Assembly: GCA_963797095.1 (NCBI GenBank)
Contig: CAWCNY010000006.1
Coordinates: 480,001-544,000 of the forward strand
DNA length: 64,000 nt
Direction of reading: 5' to 3'
Origin: an uncultured Chloroflexia bacterium
Lineage (GTDB): Bacteria; Chloroflexota; Chloroflexia; QHBQ01; JADMIH01
Positions within the stretch are counted from its first letter, which is position 1. Every line of letters begins with the position of its first letter. The notes below the pieces were generated by a model. That model was not told the origin of the DNA, ran no database searches, and saw only the letters and a list, made by a program, of their open reading frames with translations. Of the stretch, positions 49,520 to 60,084 are shown in pieces. The position numbers were made by a program, and so were the translations under genes.

Positions 49520-50695
49520 CTAAGGATGGAAGAAGAAAGCCACAGCCAGGATCGCATAGGTAGCAAGAAGCTGGACTCCCTCAAACCAGTTGCTTTCGCC
49601 GTCGTGGGTAATAGCGTTGGCGATCAGCATAGTTACAAAGACCGCAACCACCTCAAAGGTGTTAAAGACCAGGTCAAAGGGTCTGCCGATAAAGAAGCCC
49701 AGGAGCACCAGGATAGGAGCTACGAAGAGCGCTATCTGGAGGGTTGAGCTCATAGCGATATTGAGGGCGAGGTCCATCTTATTCTTCATAGCGGCTAAAA
49801 CAGCGGCCACATTTTCGGCGGCGCTGCCGACAAGCGCCACCAGGATCACCCCGACGAACAACTCTGTAAGGCCAAGAGTCTTGGTCAGATACTCAAGCCC
49901 ATCCACAAGGAAATCGGCCATGATACCCACCAGCACAGTGGTGCTGACGAGCACGCCCAGCGAGTGGCGGATGGTCCAGGCTTGTGTATGATCTTCTTCC
50001 TCCTCAATCTCGGCGTAAAGATGCCGGTGAGTTCGGAGAAAGAACAGCGTTTGGGCCACGTACGAAGCCAGCAGTATAAGGGCTATGCCAATGCTCAACT
50101 CCTCGCGTAAATTCGTAGTCACTTCGCTGGGCGGGGTTGTGAAGACGAAAGCCGTGGGGATGACGAGAGCGGCGGTGGCTACGATCAGCTGAGTAGCCGT
50201 CGCGCCTGATGCGGTGCGGTTGAACTTCTGCTTGTCGCGACCCAGCCCACCCAGGAAGAACGAGAGGCCCAGCACGAATAGGACATTACCGATGATAGCG
50301 CCCGTAATAGAAGCGCGCACCACCTCATACAACCCCGCCTGGAGCGCGAAGAACGCGATAATCATCTCGACCGCATTGGCAAATGTGGCGTTGAGCAAGC
50401 CTCCGACACCGGGCCCTACACGTATCACGAGATTCTCGGTGGCGGTGCTGAGAATCTTGGCGAGAGGTATGATTGCCAACGCCGAGGTGACAAATAACCA
50501 CGGGCCGCCGATGTCCGCAAACTTAACGATGAGCGCTATTGGGAAGAAGATCAGCAGAGCATAAACGCCTATTTGCAGTCCTGATGACCTGTCAGGCCCT
50601 GTAAGATCAAGGCCGATCCATTCGAGTAGCCCTCGCACGCCGCCTGGCGCGGGGTCGTTTGACGCGCTCCCGGCGCGCGTATGTTCGTCTGGCAT
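49520..50695 (-). CDS. cax: Calcium/proton exchanger (CaCA family)
   Basis: GGLLNATFANAVE, GAIIGNVL, GSAAE, DGESNWFEG. Confidence 0.9.
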   Translation of the reverse strand: MPDEHTRAGSASNDPAPGGVRGLLEWIGLDLTGPDRSSGLQIGVYALLIFFPIALIVKFADIGGPWLFVTSALAIIPLAKILSTATENLVIRVGPGVGGLLNATFANAVEMIIAFFALQAGLYEVVRASITGAIIGNVLFVLGLSFFLGGLGRDKQKFNRTASGATATQLIVATAALVIPTAFVFTTPPSEVTTNLREELSIGIALILLASYVAQTLFFLRTHRHLYAEIEEEEDHTQAWTIRHSLGVLVSTTVLVGIMADFLVDGLEYLTKTLGLTELFVGVILVALVGSAAENVAAVLAAMKNKMDLALNIAMSSTLQIALFVAPILVLLGFFIGRPFDLVFNTFEVVAVFVTMLIANAITHDGESNWFEGVQLLATYAILAVAFFFHP

Positions 50696-50916
50696 CCCAT
50701 CCCTCCCGAAGAAATCACTGATGCCTATTCTAATACGGGCACGACCTTGATCAGGTTGCTATTCACATTTTGCGGAGCCTTCTTTCGCACTCCCCACAAA
50801 AACTGTACCAGAGTACACCCCAAAACCTGTCCCATTTTGTCCCACCAATGCCATTAAGTTAACGAGGGCAAGAATAATCATATTCCAACCAACCCCTCAA
50901 AATCCCGATCACCGCC

Positions 50917-50930
50917 TGTACTTAAGTACA
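50917..50930. promoter_or_regulatory. Perfect 14-bp palindrome, possible operator between divergent genes
   Basis: TGTACTTAAGTACA in the cax / membrane-protein intergenic region. Confidence 0.35.
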
Positions 50931-51055
50931 CATACTTCCCGCTGGCGCGCGGCATGAAGGAGAAGAACCATATCCATAGCGAGTCGTAGCGACTTTAGAA
51001 TAAGGCGTTGGAGTTATCAACCTTTCTTGTTTGCCTGTGACGCATCTGCTAAGAT

Positions 51056-53365
51056 GTGCAAGCTATGAGCGCGATCAATTCGGGCGGGGTTGGGGCCGGA
51101 ACGAACTGGCGTGCGCACCTGCTTGCGCTGGCGGGCTATTTCCTACTTGCCCTGCTGGTGACATATCCCGTAGTGGCGCAATTCGCGTCCGGTGTGCCCG
51201 GCGACCTGGTAGCCGACCGCGACCAGAACCTGTGGAACCTCTGGTGGGTAAAGGAGAGCCTCTTCCGATTCACCGACCCATTTCACACCGACATGCTCTA
51301 TTATCCCTACAGCGCGGACCTCTATTACCACACGCTGGCCCTGCCGTTGGGGCTGGTTGGCCTTATACCTCAACTGCTGTTCAGCTTGCCCGCGGCCTAC
51401 AATACGGTGCTGCTGGTTGGCTTCACGCTTTCGGGGTATGGCATGTTCAGGCTGCTCGACTATGGGTTGCAGGTTTGGGAGCCAGGTTGGTCTGCTCCCA
51501 AAAGGCTTGCGGCGTTCCTGGGCGGTGTCGTATTCGCGTTTACGCCCTACACACTGGATGCCCTCAAAGGCCAGCCGGAAGTACTTTCTTTGCAGTGGAT
51601 GCCGCCCTTCGTTGAGATGTGGCTGAGAGGGCTTACCGGCGCGAGGGAATATGTAAAGCGCGATATGGGACTGTGGAAGTTTGGAGTAGGGGCCGGGGTG
51701 TTTCTGGCGCTTACGGCTTACACCAACCTCTACTATGCGGTATACCTTGTGCTGTTCGTGGTCGCCCACGTTCTGTACAGATTAGTGGTATCGGTGCGAA
51801 TGAACGCTTTGCACGAGGAGGCCCGAAGGATCGTTCGAGTTGGGAGCGTGATGGCAAGCGTAGCGATTGTGCTGGGTTGGCCTTTGCTGGTGGGTCTGGC
51901 GGTGCATCGTAACGACCCAAGACTGGCAGTGGAGGCCGACCCTGAGCACAGGCTAACCCACTCCGCCGACCTGCTCAGCTTCTTCGCGCCACCGCACGAT
52001 CACCTGTTGTTCGGCACCTGGCAGGATGCGCCGGGCGTCAACGAGCCGCCGCTCCACGATTACGTGGGCCTTGGATACGTGGCGCTGGCTCTGGCTGTGC
52101 TGGGCACTATAACTATGTGGCGCAAACCCGGCGTCCGCTTCTGGTTCATACTCATGGTGGCGGCACTACTGCTGGCGATGGGGCCGCAATTGCAGATAGG
52201 ACGCAACAGAACAGGTATCCCCATGCCATTTGCGTTGCTGGAATGGCTTCCAGGCATGGATGCTATAGCCAAGCCTGAGCGATTCGTGGTACTGGCGCGA
52301 TTGTGCATGGGCGTGCTGGCAGCCTGGGGCGCTATATGGCTCCTGGGTAGAAGGGGTGCAGATGTGCCTGTGGCGAACGCCCCGCAAACCGGAGGTCATG
52401 CCCGAACGGGGTATTCAGCGGTGGGTGTGCTGCTTGTGCTGGGTCTGCTAATAGAACTGCCTATACACCCACGATTTATGCAGACTATTGCCGACTTGCC
52501 GTTTTACCGGGCGTATGAGACACTGGCGTCACAGCCTGCCGGTGCGTTGATGGAATTGCCGTTTGCCACTCAACAATCAGAGACGATAGGGAGGCGTATG
52601 CTGCTGCAAACGGTGCATGATAAGCCGATCATGGCGGGCTACCTGTCGAGGAGGTACGACAGCCCCATCATCGATTCGTGCAGTCCGTTCTGGGGTTTCA
52701 TCTCGCCGCTGGACGTGCCAAGAGAGGATATAGCCTCGCCGGTGGTGGTGAACAGATTGCTGGATGTGCTGAACTTCTATGACATTCGCTATATATCGCT
52801 CTATACGTCCTTCACCGGGGTACCAAACGATCAGGGCGATCAGGTACCCACTGACCAAGTCGAGGCGCTCGACACGATTGTCTCTGATACTACGAATGCA
52901 GACTCTCCCATCTTCGAAGGAACTGCCCTTGGCATTTACAGCGTCAAGACAGAGAGCCTCGGTGATGCGCCGCCATCGTTCCACATCGGTGCCGGGTGGT
53001 ATCCGGTCGAACAGTCGGGCGGGCAGCCCTTCAGGTGGGTGCAGGATGGGCAAGGATCGCTCTGCGTATTTACCCCACAGGATGTAACCGGTAGCCTCGT
53101 TATGGCGGGGACAGCCTTCGCGCAGGATCGCAGCATTACAATGACTGTAGGGGATGAAGATCTATACAGCGGTACGCTCGCCTCAGGGGATTTCACAACT
53201 GTCAAGACGGCGACCAGGCACTGGCAAGCAGGCGTTACTCAAATAGACATAAGCTCTCCGGAGGCAGGCACTTCTCCCATTTCGCTCGACCCCAACGCGG
53301 GTGACAATCGGGAGCTTACGGTGGGTTTTCGAGGTGTGACGCTTGAAATTGAGCTTAAGAGATAG
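51056..53365 (+). CDS. Large GT-C-like membrane protein (YfhO/PMT-like) with an extracellular C-terminal domain
   Basis: DRDQNLWNLWWV, YYPY, FAFTPY, SADLLSFF, PERF, MELP, GYLSR motifs; multiple TMs. Confidence 0.75.
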   Translation: MQAMSAINSGGVGAGTNWRAHLLALAGYFLLALLVTYPVVAQFASGVPGDLVADRDQNLWNLWWVKESLFRFTDPFHTDMLYYPYSADLYYHTLALPLGLVGLIPQLLFSLPAAYNTVLLVGFTLSGYGMFRLLDYGLQVWEPGWSAPKRLAAFLGGVVFAFTPYTLDALKGQPEVLSLQWMPPFVEMWLRGLTGAREYVKRDMGLWKFGVGAGVFLALTAYTNLYYAVYLVLFVVAHVLYRLVVSVRMNALHEEARRIVRVGSVMASVAIVLGWPLLVGLAVHRNDPRLAVEADPEHRLTHSADLLSFFAPPHDHLLFGTWQDAPGVNEPPLHDYVGLGYVALALAVLGTITMWRKPGVRFWFILMVAALLLAMGPQLQIGRNRTGIPMPFALLEWLPGMDAIAKPERFVVLARLCMGVLAAWGAIWLLGRRGADVPVANAPQTGGHARTGYSAVGVLLVLGLLIELPIHPRFMQTIADLPFYRAYETLASQPAGALMELPFATQQSETIGRRMLLQTVHDKPIMAGYLSRRYDSPIIDSCSPFWGFISPLDVPREDIASPVVVNRLLDVLNFYDIRYISLYTSFTGVPNDQGDQVPTDQVEALDTIVSDTTNADSPIFEGTALGIYSVKTESLGDAPPSFHIGAGWYPVEQSGGQPFRWVQDGQGSLCVFTPQDVTGSLVMAGTAFAQDRSITMTVGDEDLYSGTLASGDFTTVKTATRHWQAGVTQIDISSPEAGTSPISLDPNAGDNRELTVGFRGVTLEIELKR

Positions 53366-53371
53366 TATAAT
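53343..53371 (+). promoter_or_regulatory. Sigma70 promoter of the nusA operon
   Basis: TTGAAA-N17-TATAAT, overlapping the upstream gene's 3' end. Confidence 0.7.
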
Positions 53372-53395
53372 AAGGTACAATTCGTGTAACGCTTC

Positions 53396-53420
53396 GAAAG
53401 TGGGCGCACCCCACTTTTTT
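53396..53420 (+). promoter_or_regulatory. rimP-leader-type attenuator hairpin
   Basis: AAAGTGGG-cgcac-CCCACTTTTTT about 25 nt after the -10, in the nusA 5' UTR; matches the short GTGGG...CCCAC-T-tract leader known upstream of rimP-nusA-infB. Confidence 0.75.
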
Positions 53421-53534
53421 TGTCGTGTAGGGCATCACGGATGACACAGCCGTTCGACTGATTCGAGGCCGGCTGACAACCGACGACCGGATATCTATGA
53501 GATCAGGGAAGCGTTAGGAGGAGAAAAACAGAAT

Positions 53535-54887
53535 ATGAAGAGTGATTTGTACGCCGCGATCAATCAAATCGCGGCAGAGCGCAATATTTCCCGCGAAGCA
53601 ATCCTGCGCGGCATTGAAGACGCAATCATAACTGCATATCGGAGAATAGCTGGCACCGATCAGAACGTGGCCGTGAAACTGGACCTGCAATCAGGCGATG
53701 CTCGCGTGTTCGAGCGCCGCACGGTGGTGGCCGAGGTGGAAGACCCCGCTACTGAGGTATCACTTGCGGAGGCGCGCGCCACTAACCCGGAAGCGCAGCC
53801 GGGCGACATGCTTGAAAAAGAAACCACTCCAGCTGACTTCGGGCGCATCGCCGCCCAGACGGCCAAGCAAGTGGTTATGCAGCGTATCCGCGAAGCCGAG
53901 CGCGACCGTGTGGTTGGCGAGTTCAGCGACCGCGAAGGCGATATCGTACTTGCCAATGTGCAGCGGCAGGATCAGAACGGCAACTGGATACTGGAAGTAG
54001 GGAGAGCCGAGGCGATCCTTCAGCCCAAGGACCAGGTGAAGAACGAGCGTTACCGCTCAGGTACGCGTATGCGGGTGCTCTTGCTGGAAGTGTTACAGAA
54101 GAACCAGAAAGGCCCACAGCTGATCGTATCCAGGGCGGACAGGGCGTTCCTCCGCAGGCTGTTCGAGCTTGAGGTGCCTGAGATACACAGTGGCGCGGTC
54201 GAGATCAAGAGCATCGCACGCGAGGCGGGGATGCGGTCGAAGGTGGCCGTAGCCGCCAGGCAAGCCAACGTTGACCCGGTCGGTTCCTGTGTCGGCATGA
54301 AAGGCCAGCGCATCCAGAAGATCGTGGACGAGCTAGGTGGCGAGAAGATCGATGTTGTGCTGTGGGACCCCGATATGTCGATGTACATAGCCAACGCGCT
54401 CTCTCCGGCCCAGGTGCTCTCGGTCGACCTGGACGACGAACACAAGACCGCCGCGGTGGTGGTACCTGAGAGAATGCTGTCGCTAGCTATCGGGAAAGAA
54501 GGGCAGAATGCTCGTCTGGCTGCCAAGCTCACCGGCTGGCGTATAGACATCAAGAGCACTATGACCGCGAGCGATGAAGAGGAAATGGACGAAGATGAGC
54601 TGGCGCGCCGCGCTGCCGCCGTGCTCAGGGCCGAGGCTGCTGCGGGCAATGGCTCAAACGGTTACGACCCGGCAGCAACCGACGACCTGAAAGAAGAGCG
54701 GCGCAAAGTGCGTGCTAACAATACCGTTGTGTATCAAAACTCGGCTTACGGTCCACTCCCGGAAGAGATGGTGGGCGAAACAGTACGCTTGCGGGCAACT
54801 GAGGAGTGGGTCGAGGTTCGGACCGACTCCGGCAGAGTGCTGGCAACATACCCCGTGCAGGAGGCAAGCGAGGTCGAGGCTGGATAA
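53535..54887 (+). CDS. nusA: Transcription termination/antitermination factor NusA with an atypical C-terminal extension
   Basis: [51 protein letters not shown]. Confidence 0.97.
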   Translation: MKSDLYAAINQIAAERNISREAILRGIEDAIITAYRRIAGTDQNVAVKLDLQSGDARVFERRTVVAEVEDPATEVSLAEARATNPEAQPGDMLEKETTPADFGRIAAQTAKQVVMQRIREAERDRVVGEFSDREGDIVLANVQRQDQNGNWILEVGRAEAILQPKDQVKNERYRSGTRMRVLLLEVLQKNQKGPQLIVSRADRAFLRRLFELEVPEIHSGAVEIKSIAREAGMRSKVAVAARQANVDPVGSCVGMKGQRIQKIVDELGGEKIDVVLWDPDMSMYIANALSPAQVLSVDLDDEHKTAAVVVPERMLSLAIGKEGQNARLAAKLTGWRIDIKSTMTASDEEEMDEDELARRAAAVLRAEAAAGNGSNGYDPAATDDLKEERRKVRANNTVVYQNSAYGPLPEEMVGETVRLRATEEWVEVRTDSGRVLATYPVQEASEVEAG

Positions 54888-54914
54888 TACCCGGCTTATT
54901 GGACGAAGGGAAGG

Positions 54915-55232
54915 ATGAGTAACAAATCAGGTAAGCAACCCAGGCCACGACATGTGCCGCAACGGACCTGTGTGGCCTGTAGGAGCACCGAGGCCAAGCG
55001 TGGTCTGGTGCGCGTAGTTAGGACGGCGGCAGGTACTGTTGAAATTGATGAAACAGGCAAGAAACCGGGTCGAGGAGCGTACTTACATATGTCCAGGGAG
55101 TGCTGGGAAAAGGCGTTGAAAGGCAAGGCGCTGGAATATGCACTCAAAACGGCAATTACAGCAGAAGACAAAGCAGCATTGCAGGCTTATGCTGATACCT
55201 TGGAGAATGAGGAGCAAAGCGTAAACAGTTAG
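54915..55232 (+). CDS. ylxR: YlxR/RnpM family RNA-binding protein
   Basis: PQRTCVAC, LVRVVR, GRGAYL. Confidence 0.92.
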   Translation: MSNKSGKQPRPRHVPQRTCVACRSTEAKRGLVRVVRTAAGTVEIDETGKKPGRGAYLHMSRECWEKALKGKALEYALKTAITAEDKAALQAYADTLENEEQSVNS

Positions 55233-55345
55233 CAAAATTAGTGAAGGATAGTAGAGAGTTGGATAGTAGATTTCGGACGATAGAGGATTGGAGTTTGAGC
55301 CTTAAGACTAGAATTGGGCTATCGTCTATCAGTGGGAGGTTATAG

Positions 55346-57487
55346 ATGCCGAAAAAGATAGATTATGTTGTTATTGCACCATCTGGAAGTGGTGGTGCTG
55401 ATTTTGGTGAGGATGGAGCAGAGGAAGAAGCCAGCACAGTAAACCGTCCCCCCAGAGGCCCCGGACGCGGCAGACCTGGCGGAGCGCCTGGGGCCGGACG
55501 GCCCGGCGGCGCACGCCCTGCCGGACGCAATACGGGCGCAAGGCCCGGTGGCATTGGCCGTGGAGGCGTTGGCACCGGTGTTCGGTCGGGCCCAGGCGGT
55601 CGTACGGGCGGTTTCGGCGGAGCGCGGGGTGGCCTGCGCGGTGGGTCTCATTCGGGTGGCTCCGGCACAACACGTGGGTTCGGCGCAGGTCGCGGCCTGG
55701 GCTTAGGGCTTGAGAGGCCTACGCCTAAGGTAGCCATACCTCCATACCTGACTGTCAAAGAGCTTGGCGAACTGATGAGTGTCAACCCCACCAAGGTGAT
55801 CGCCGAGATGATCAAGCATGGCGTGATGGCGACCATCAACCAGCAGATCGATTACGATACAGCCGCTATCGCCGCTATAGGTTTGGGCTATGAAGTATCG
55901 GAAGCGAAGCCTGAGGTTGAGGAAGATCTGGGCGATATTCTAACCGCCGAGCAGGATGCATCTGATACAACCAGGCAGGTGCATCGCCCGCCCGTCGTGA
56001 CCATCATGGGCCACGTTGACCACGGTAAAACCAAGTTGCTCGACTCGATCAGGTCGGCTAATGTGATAGCAACCGAGGCGGGCGGTATAACCCAGCATAT
56101 AGGTGCTTATCAGGTAGAGTTGCAGGGCAAAAAGATCACCTTCCTCGACACGCCGGGCCACGAAGCCTTTACCGCCATGCGTGCCCGTGGCGCGCAGGTC
56201 ACCGATATCGTGGTGCTGGTGGTCGCTGCCGATGATGGTGTGATGCCCCAGACCCTGGAGGCCCTTTCACACGCCAAGGCTGCTGAAGTGCCGATCATCG
56301 TAGCTATCAATAAGATGGACAAGGAGGAAGCCAACCCTGATAGGGTGATGACCCAGCTTTCCGAGCAGGGGCTTGTGCCCACGGCCTGGGGCGGCGACAC
56401 CGAGTTCATCAAGGTGTCGGCACGTGCGGGCACAGGCATCCAGGACTTGCTGGAGACGATCCTGCTCGTCGCCGAGATACAGGATTACAAGGCCAGCCCG
56501 TACAGGAGAGCGCAGGGCACCATCATCGAGGCCGAGATGGATAAGAACCGTGGGCCTATTGCGACTGTGCTAATCCAGAACGGCACGCTCAATCTACGCG
56601 ATTACGTGGTTGCCGGGGCGACCTGGGGCCGCGTAAAGGCCATGCAGGACGATAAAGGGCGCAAACTGCGCAAGGCCGAGCCTTCTACCCCCGTCGAAAT
56701 CCTGGGCCTGTCTGGTGTGCCTCTTGCCGGAGACACCCTGCTGGTCGCTGTCGACGAGACAACTGTCAAGGAAATCGCTGACCAGCGTGCACGCCAACGC
56801 CGCTTTGAGGAGGCTGCTCAGAGCATCAAGTCGGTGAACCTGGACGACCTGTTCGCACAGATACAGGCGGGCCGTGTGAAGGAACTGCGTGTTATCCTGA
56901 AGGCAGACGTACAAGGCTCCCTGGAAGCCATCACACAGACATTGCAGAAGCTTTCAACTGACGAGGTCAAGGTGGTGATCCTCCACCGGGCGACCGGTGG
57001 CATCACCGAATCAGACGTACAGCTTGCTTATACATCGAACGCAATTATCATCGGCTTCAACGTGCGGCCTGACCCCGCTGCCAAGCGCGCTGCCGACAAG
57101 AACCGCGTTGAAGTCAGGTTCTACGATATCATCTATAAACTGTCCGAGGATATCGAGAATGCAATGAAGGGCATGCTCGAACCTACATTCCACGACGTGA
57201 CCGATGGATATGCCGAGGTACGCGCGGTATTCCGGTTGCCGAGAAACGAGCAGGCGGCAGGCTTGATGGTCACTGAGGGCAAAGCGTCACGTAACGATCA
57301 GGTACGCTTGCTGAGAAGCGGCACTGTGATCTATGACGGCACGGTATCTGCTCTCAAGAGATTCAAGGATGATGTGCGCGACGTAGCCCAGGGCTACGAG
57401 TGCGGTATCTCTCTCGAAGGCTTCAACGACTTCGAGATAGGCGATACGTTAGAGTTCTACAGGAAAGAGCAGGTTGCAGTAAAGTAG
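55346..57487 (+). CDS. infB: Translation initiation factor IF-2
   Basis: [41 protein letters not shown]; Gly/Arg-rich N-terminus. Confidence 0.97.
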   Translation: MPKKIDYVVIAPSGSGGADFGEDGAEEEASTVNRPPRGPGRGRPGGAPGAGRPGGARPAGRNTGARPGGIGRGGVGTGVRSGPGGRTGGFGGARGGLRGGSHSGGSGTTRGFGAGRGLGLGLERPTPKVAIPPYLTVKELGELMSVNPTKVIAEMIKHGVMATINQQIDYDTAAIAAIGLGYEVSEAKPEVEEDLGDILTAEQDASDTTRQVHRPPVVTIMGHVDHGKTKLLDSIRSANVIATEAGGITQHIGAYQVELQGKKITFLDTPGHEAFTAMRARGAQVTDIVVLVVAADDGVMPQTLEALSHAKAAEVPIIVAINKMDKEEANPDRVMTQLSEQGLVPTAWGGDTEFIKVSARAGTGIQDLLETILLVAEIQDYKASPYRRAQGTIIEAEMDKNRGPIATVLIQNGTLNLRDYVVAGATWGRVKAMQDDKGRKLRKAEPSTPVEILGLSGVPLAGDTLLVAVDETTVKEIADQRARQRRFEEAAQSIKSVNLDDLFAQIQAGRVKELRVILKADVQGSLEAITQTLQKLSTDEVKVVILHRATGGITESDVQLAYTSNAIIIGFNVRPDPAAKRAADKNRVEVRFYDIIYKLSEDIENAMKGMLEPTFHDVTDGYAEVRAVFRLPRNEQAAGLMVTEGKASRNDQVRLLRSGTVIYDGTVSALKRFKDDVRDVAQGYECGISLEGFNDFEIGDTLEFYRKEQVAVK

Positions 57488-57567
57488 TCAGTAATCGGTA
57501 GCCGGTAGTCAGAAGGTAAAAAGCCTGAGACTACCGACTATCGACTACCGACTGCCCGCCGACTACC
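57484..57567. repeat. Inverted pair of degenerate heptamer arrays (GTAGTCR x4 / GACTACC x about 5)
   Basis: gtagtca gtaatcg gtagccg gtagtca ... gactacc gactatc gactacc gactgcc ... gactacc between infB and rbfA. Confidence 0.8.
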
Positions 57568-57570
57568 AAA

Positions 57571-57957
57571 ATGGCAACACGACGACAAGTACAGGTCGCG
57601 GATGAGATACAGCAGATCATCTCGTATCTCATCCAACGCGAGCTAAAAGATCCGCGCATCGGATTTGTCACCATCACACGGGTGGAGGTAACGCAGGACC
57701 TCAAATACGCGCGCGTCTTCGTCAGCGTGATGGGGTCAGACGAGGAGCAGAGGGCCACGATGGTGGCGCTCAACAGCGCCAGGGGCTTTGTCCGGCATGA
57801 GGTAGCAACCCGCATGACCACCCGCACCGTACCTGAGTTGCAGTTCCGTCTGGACAAAGGGCTGGAATACAGCGACCGCATTAACAGGTTGCTGAATGAG
57901 TTGAAGGAAGCAGAGGCGAGCGAAAGCCAAAAGACGGAGCGCGAGGGTAATGGCTAA
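57571..57957 (+). CDS. rbfA: Ribosome-binding factor A
   Basis: LKDPRIGFVTITRVEVTQDLKYARVFVS, PELQFRLD. Confidence 0.96.
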   Translation: MATRRQVQVADEIQQIISYLIQRELKDPRIGFVTITRVEVTQDLKYARVFVSVMGSDEEQRATMVALNSARGFVRHEVATRMTTRTVPELQFRLDKGLEYSDRINRLLNELKEAEASESQKTEREGNG

Positions 57958-59062
57958 GGGTCGGAAGCCTTCATCTTCTATTCCACCTCTGTCGCCCTCA
58001 CTTGTCGATGCCGGTTTGAGCGATCACGAGCAGAATGAGCGCGTGCCTGAGTGGACGTTGCCTCAGTACACCAAAATCGCGGAGTGGCTGCAAGGGGCCG
58101 AGCGGATATTCATCCCCATGCATGTAAGTCCGGACGGTGATTTTCTTGGTTGCACGCTGGCCTTTGCGCGCGCCCTGAAATCGCGTGGCTATGATTGTGT
58201 AGTGGTGTCGCCCGACCCCATAGCGGACGTATACGCACCCTTTTACCGGCCTGAGGATGTCTTTGTGGGGGCTGTACCACCGGGGCCACCTGCCACCCAC
58301 ATAGCCTGCCTTGATATCAGCGATCCAAAGCGCACGGGCAGCTTTTACGATGCTCATGAGGCGGCATTTCGCGGCGAGGGTAGCGTCAAGGTGCTGAACC
58401 TGGACCACCATGCCACCAATCTGCGCTTCGGGGACCTACAATTGCTCGATGTCGGGTCTGCTGCTTGTGCTGAGCAGGTGGCAGTCGCCCTCAACGACCT
58501 GGGGTGGGCTGTGGACGCGGAGATTGCCCGCTACTTGCTCCTTGGGATCGTGACCGATACACTTGGCTTCAGAACCCCGGCCACCACTCCTCGCTCTCTG
58601 GAAATCGCTGCACGTATGATGGAGCGTGGCGGCAACCTCTATGAGATTGTGGAGCAAGTGTTCAATACGAGGCCGCTCTCAACTATCCTGCTCTGGAGCA
58701 AGGCGCTCGCAGGTGTGGCATTGGGCGCTGATGGGCGTGTGATCTACGTACACATTACACCCCAAATGCTGAACGAAGCCGGGGCCAAAGAGGACGAACT
58801 TGAAGGTCTATCCAGCTACCTGGCGACCGTAACGGATGATGTGAAAGTAGCAGCAGTGCTCAAAGAGCGAGACGATGGCACAACCCGCGTCTCCATAAGG
58901 AGCCGTCCAGGGGTAGACGTGGCGACAATAGCACGCAGATTTGGGGGTGGCGGGCATGCACAGGCAGCAGGTGCAACCATCCCGGCGGTGGGCACAGAAG
59001 CCGACGATCTCTTTATCGAAGCGTGCAAGGCCGTGCTGTCCGGAACCGAAGACGAGGGATGA
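57950..59062 (+). CDS. nrnA: DHH/DHHA1 phosphoesterase (NrnA-like oligoribonuclease/pAp phosphatase)
   Basis: HVSPDGD, DHH, GIVTDT, SIRS, GGGGHAQAAG. Confidence 0.9.
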   Translation: MAKGRKPSSSIPPLSPSLVDAGLSDHEQNERVPEWTLPQYTKIAEWLQGAERIFIPMHVSPDGDFLGCTLAFARALKSRGYDCVVVSPDPIADVYAPFYRPEDVFVGAVPPGPPATHIACLDISDPKRTGSFYDAHEAAFRGEGSVKVLNLDHHATNLRFGDLQLLDVGSAACAEQVAVALNDLGWAVDAEIARYLLLGIVTDTLGFRTPATTPRSLEIAARMMERGGNLYEIVEQVFNTRPLSTILLWSKALAGVALGADGRVIYVHITPQMLNEAGAKEDELEGLSSYLATVTDDVKVAAVLKERDDGTTRVSIRSRPGVDVATIARRFGGGGHAQAAGATIPAVGTEADDLFIEACKAVLSGTEDEG

Positions 59063-59143
59063 TAGCCACAAGGCACGATAAGCAATAAGCAACACTTGTC
59101 ACTCGTCGCTCGTTACTCGTTCTCCATCGCCTATCGTCCGCTT

Positions 59144-60034
59144 ATGATTGACGGCATTTTCATCATAGACAAAGCCCCCGGAATGACCTCGCACGATGTG
59201 GTGGCGCGCGTGCGTCGCATCATCAGGCAGACGCGCGTAGGGCATGCCGGGACGCTTGATCCCCTAGCGACGGGTGTGCTGCCCGTAGTGGTTGGACGAG
59301 CCACCAGGCTCGTAGAGTATCTGGCCGAAGCCGATAAAGCTTACAGGGCTACCCTGATACTCGGCGCGAGCAGTGATACCTACGACCGCGAAGGCAGCGT
59401 TGTGCCCAGCCCTGATGTGGCTGTGCCTTCCAGACACGAAGTAGAGACTGCATTGGCGGGATTTCGAGGGGAGATCATGCAAGTGCCACCTATGCACTCG
59501 GCTCTGAAAGTGGGCGGCAAGAAGCTGTATGAACTTGCACGACAGGGGGTGGTGGTTGAGAGGCAGGCCAGGCAGATAACCATCAGCCGGATAGAGATAG
59601 AAGCCTATAGGCCTCCGCTCTTACAGATCTTCGTTGAATGCAGTAAAGGCACGTATATACGTTCGCTGGCGAATGACCTCGGCGAGGCGCTGGGCACCGG
59701 AGCGTATCTGGATGCGCTGGTTCGCACACGGGTAGGGGCTTTCTCCCTCGAACAGGCCGTTACGCTCGATGGTTTGGAAGCCGCGTTTGCGGAAGGCACC
59801 TGGCGGGAAAGCTTGCACCCTCCTGAGACCATCCTCGCAAGCTGGCCCATTTACAACGCGAATGCAGAGGTTGAGCAAGCGATTATGCAAGGTAAAGCAG
59901 TGGCGCTGGCGGAGAGCGATCCCGCGCGGGGAAGCATGGCAGCCGTGAAAGGCACGGGCAGCGATTTGCTAGCTATTGTAGAATGGAACAACACTACGGG
60001 CCTATGGCAACCTAAGAAGGTGTTTGGATCGTAA
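59144..60034 (+). CDS. truB: tRNA pseudouridine(55) synthase
   Basis: DKAPGMTSHDVV, GHAGTLDPLATG, QVPPMHSALK, CSKGTYIRSLA; ATG 59144. Confidence 0.96.
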   Translation: MIDGIFIIDKAPGMTSHDVVARVRRIIRQTRVGHAGTLDPLATGVLPVVVGRATRLVEYLAEADKAYRATLILGASSDTYDREGSVVPSPDVAVPSRHEVETALAGFRGEIMQVPPMHSALKVGGKKLYELARQGVVVERQARQITISRIEIEAYRPPLLQIFVECSKGTYIRSLANDLGEALGTGAYLDALVRTRVGAFSLEQAVTLDGLEAAFAEGTWRESLHPPETILASWPIYNANAEVEQAIMQGKAVALAESDPARGSMAAVKGTGSDLLAIVEWNNTTGLWQPKKVFGS

Positions 60035-60084
60035 AGCGTGGCTCGGGAAATTGGAGGGATCTAGTCTGATGTGGAGAGAGCCGG

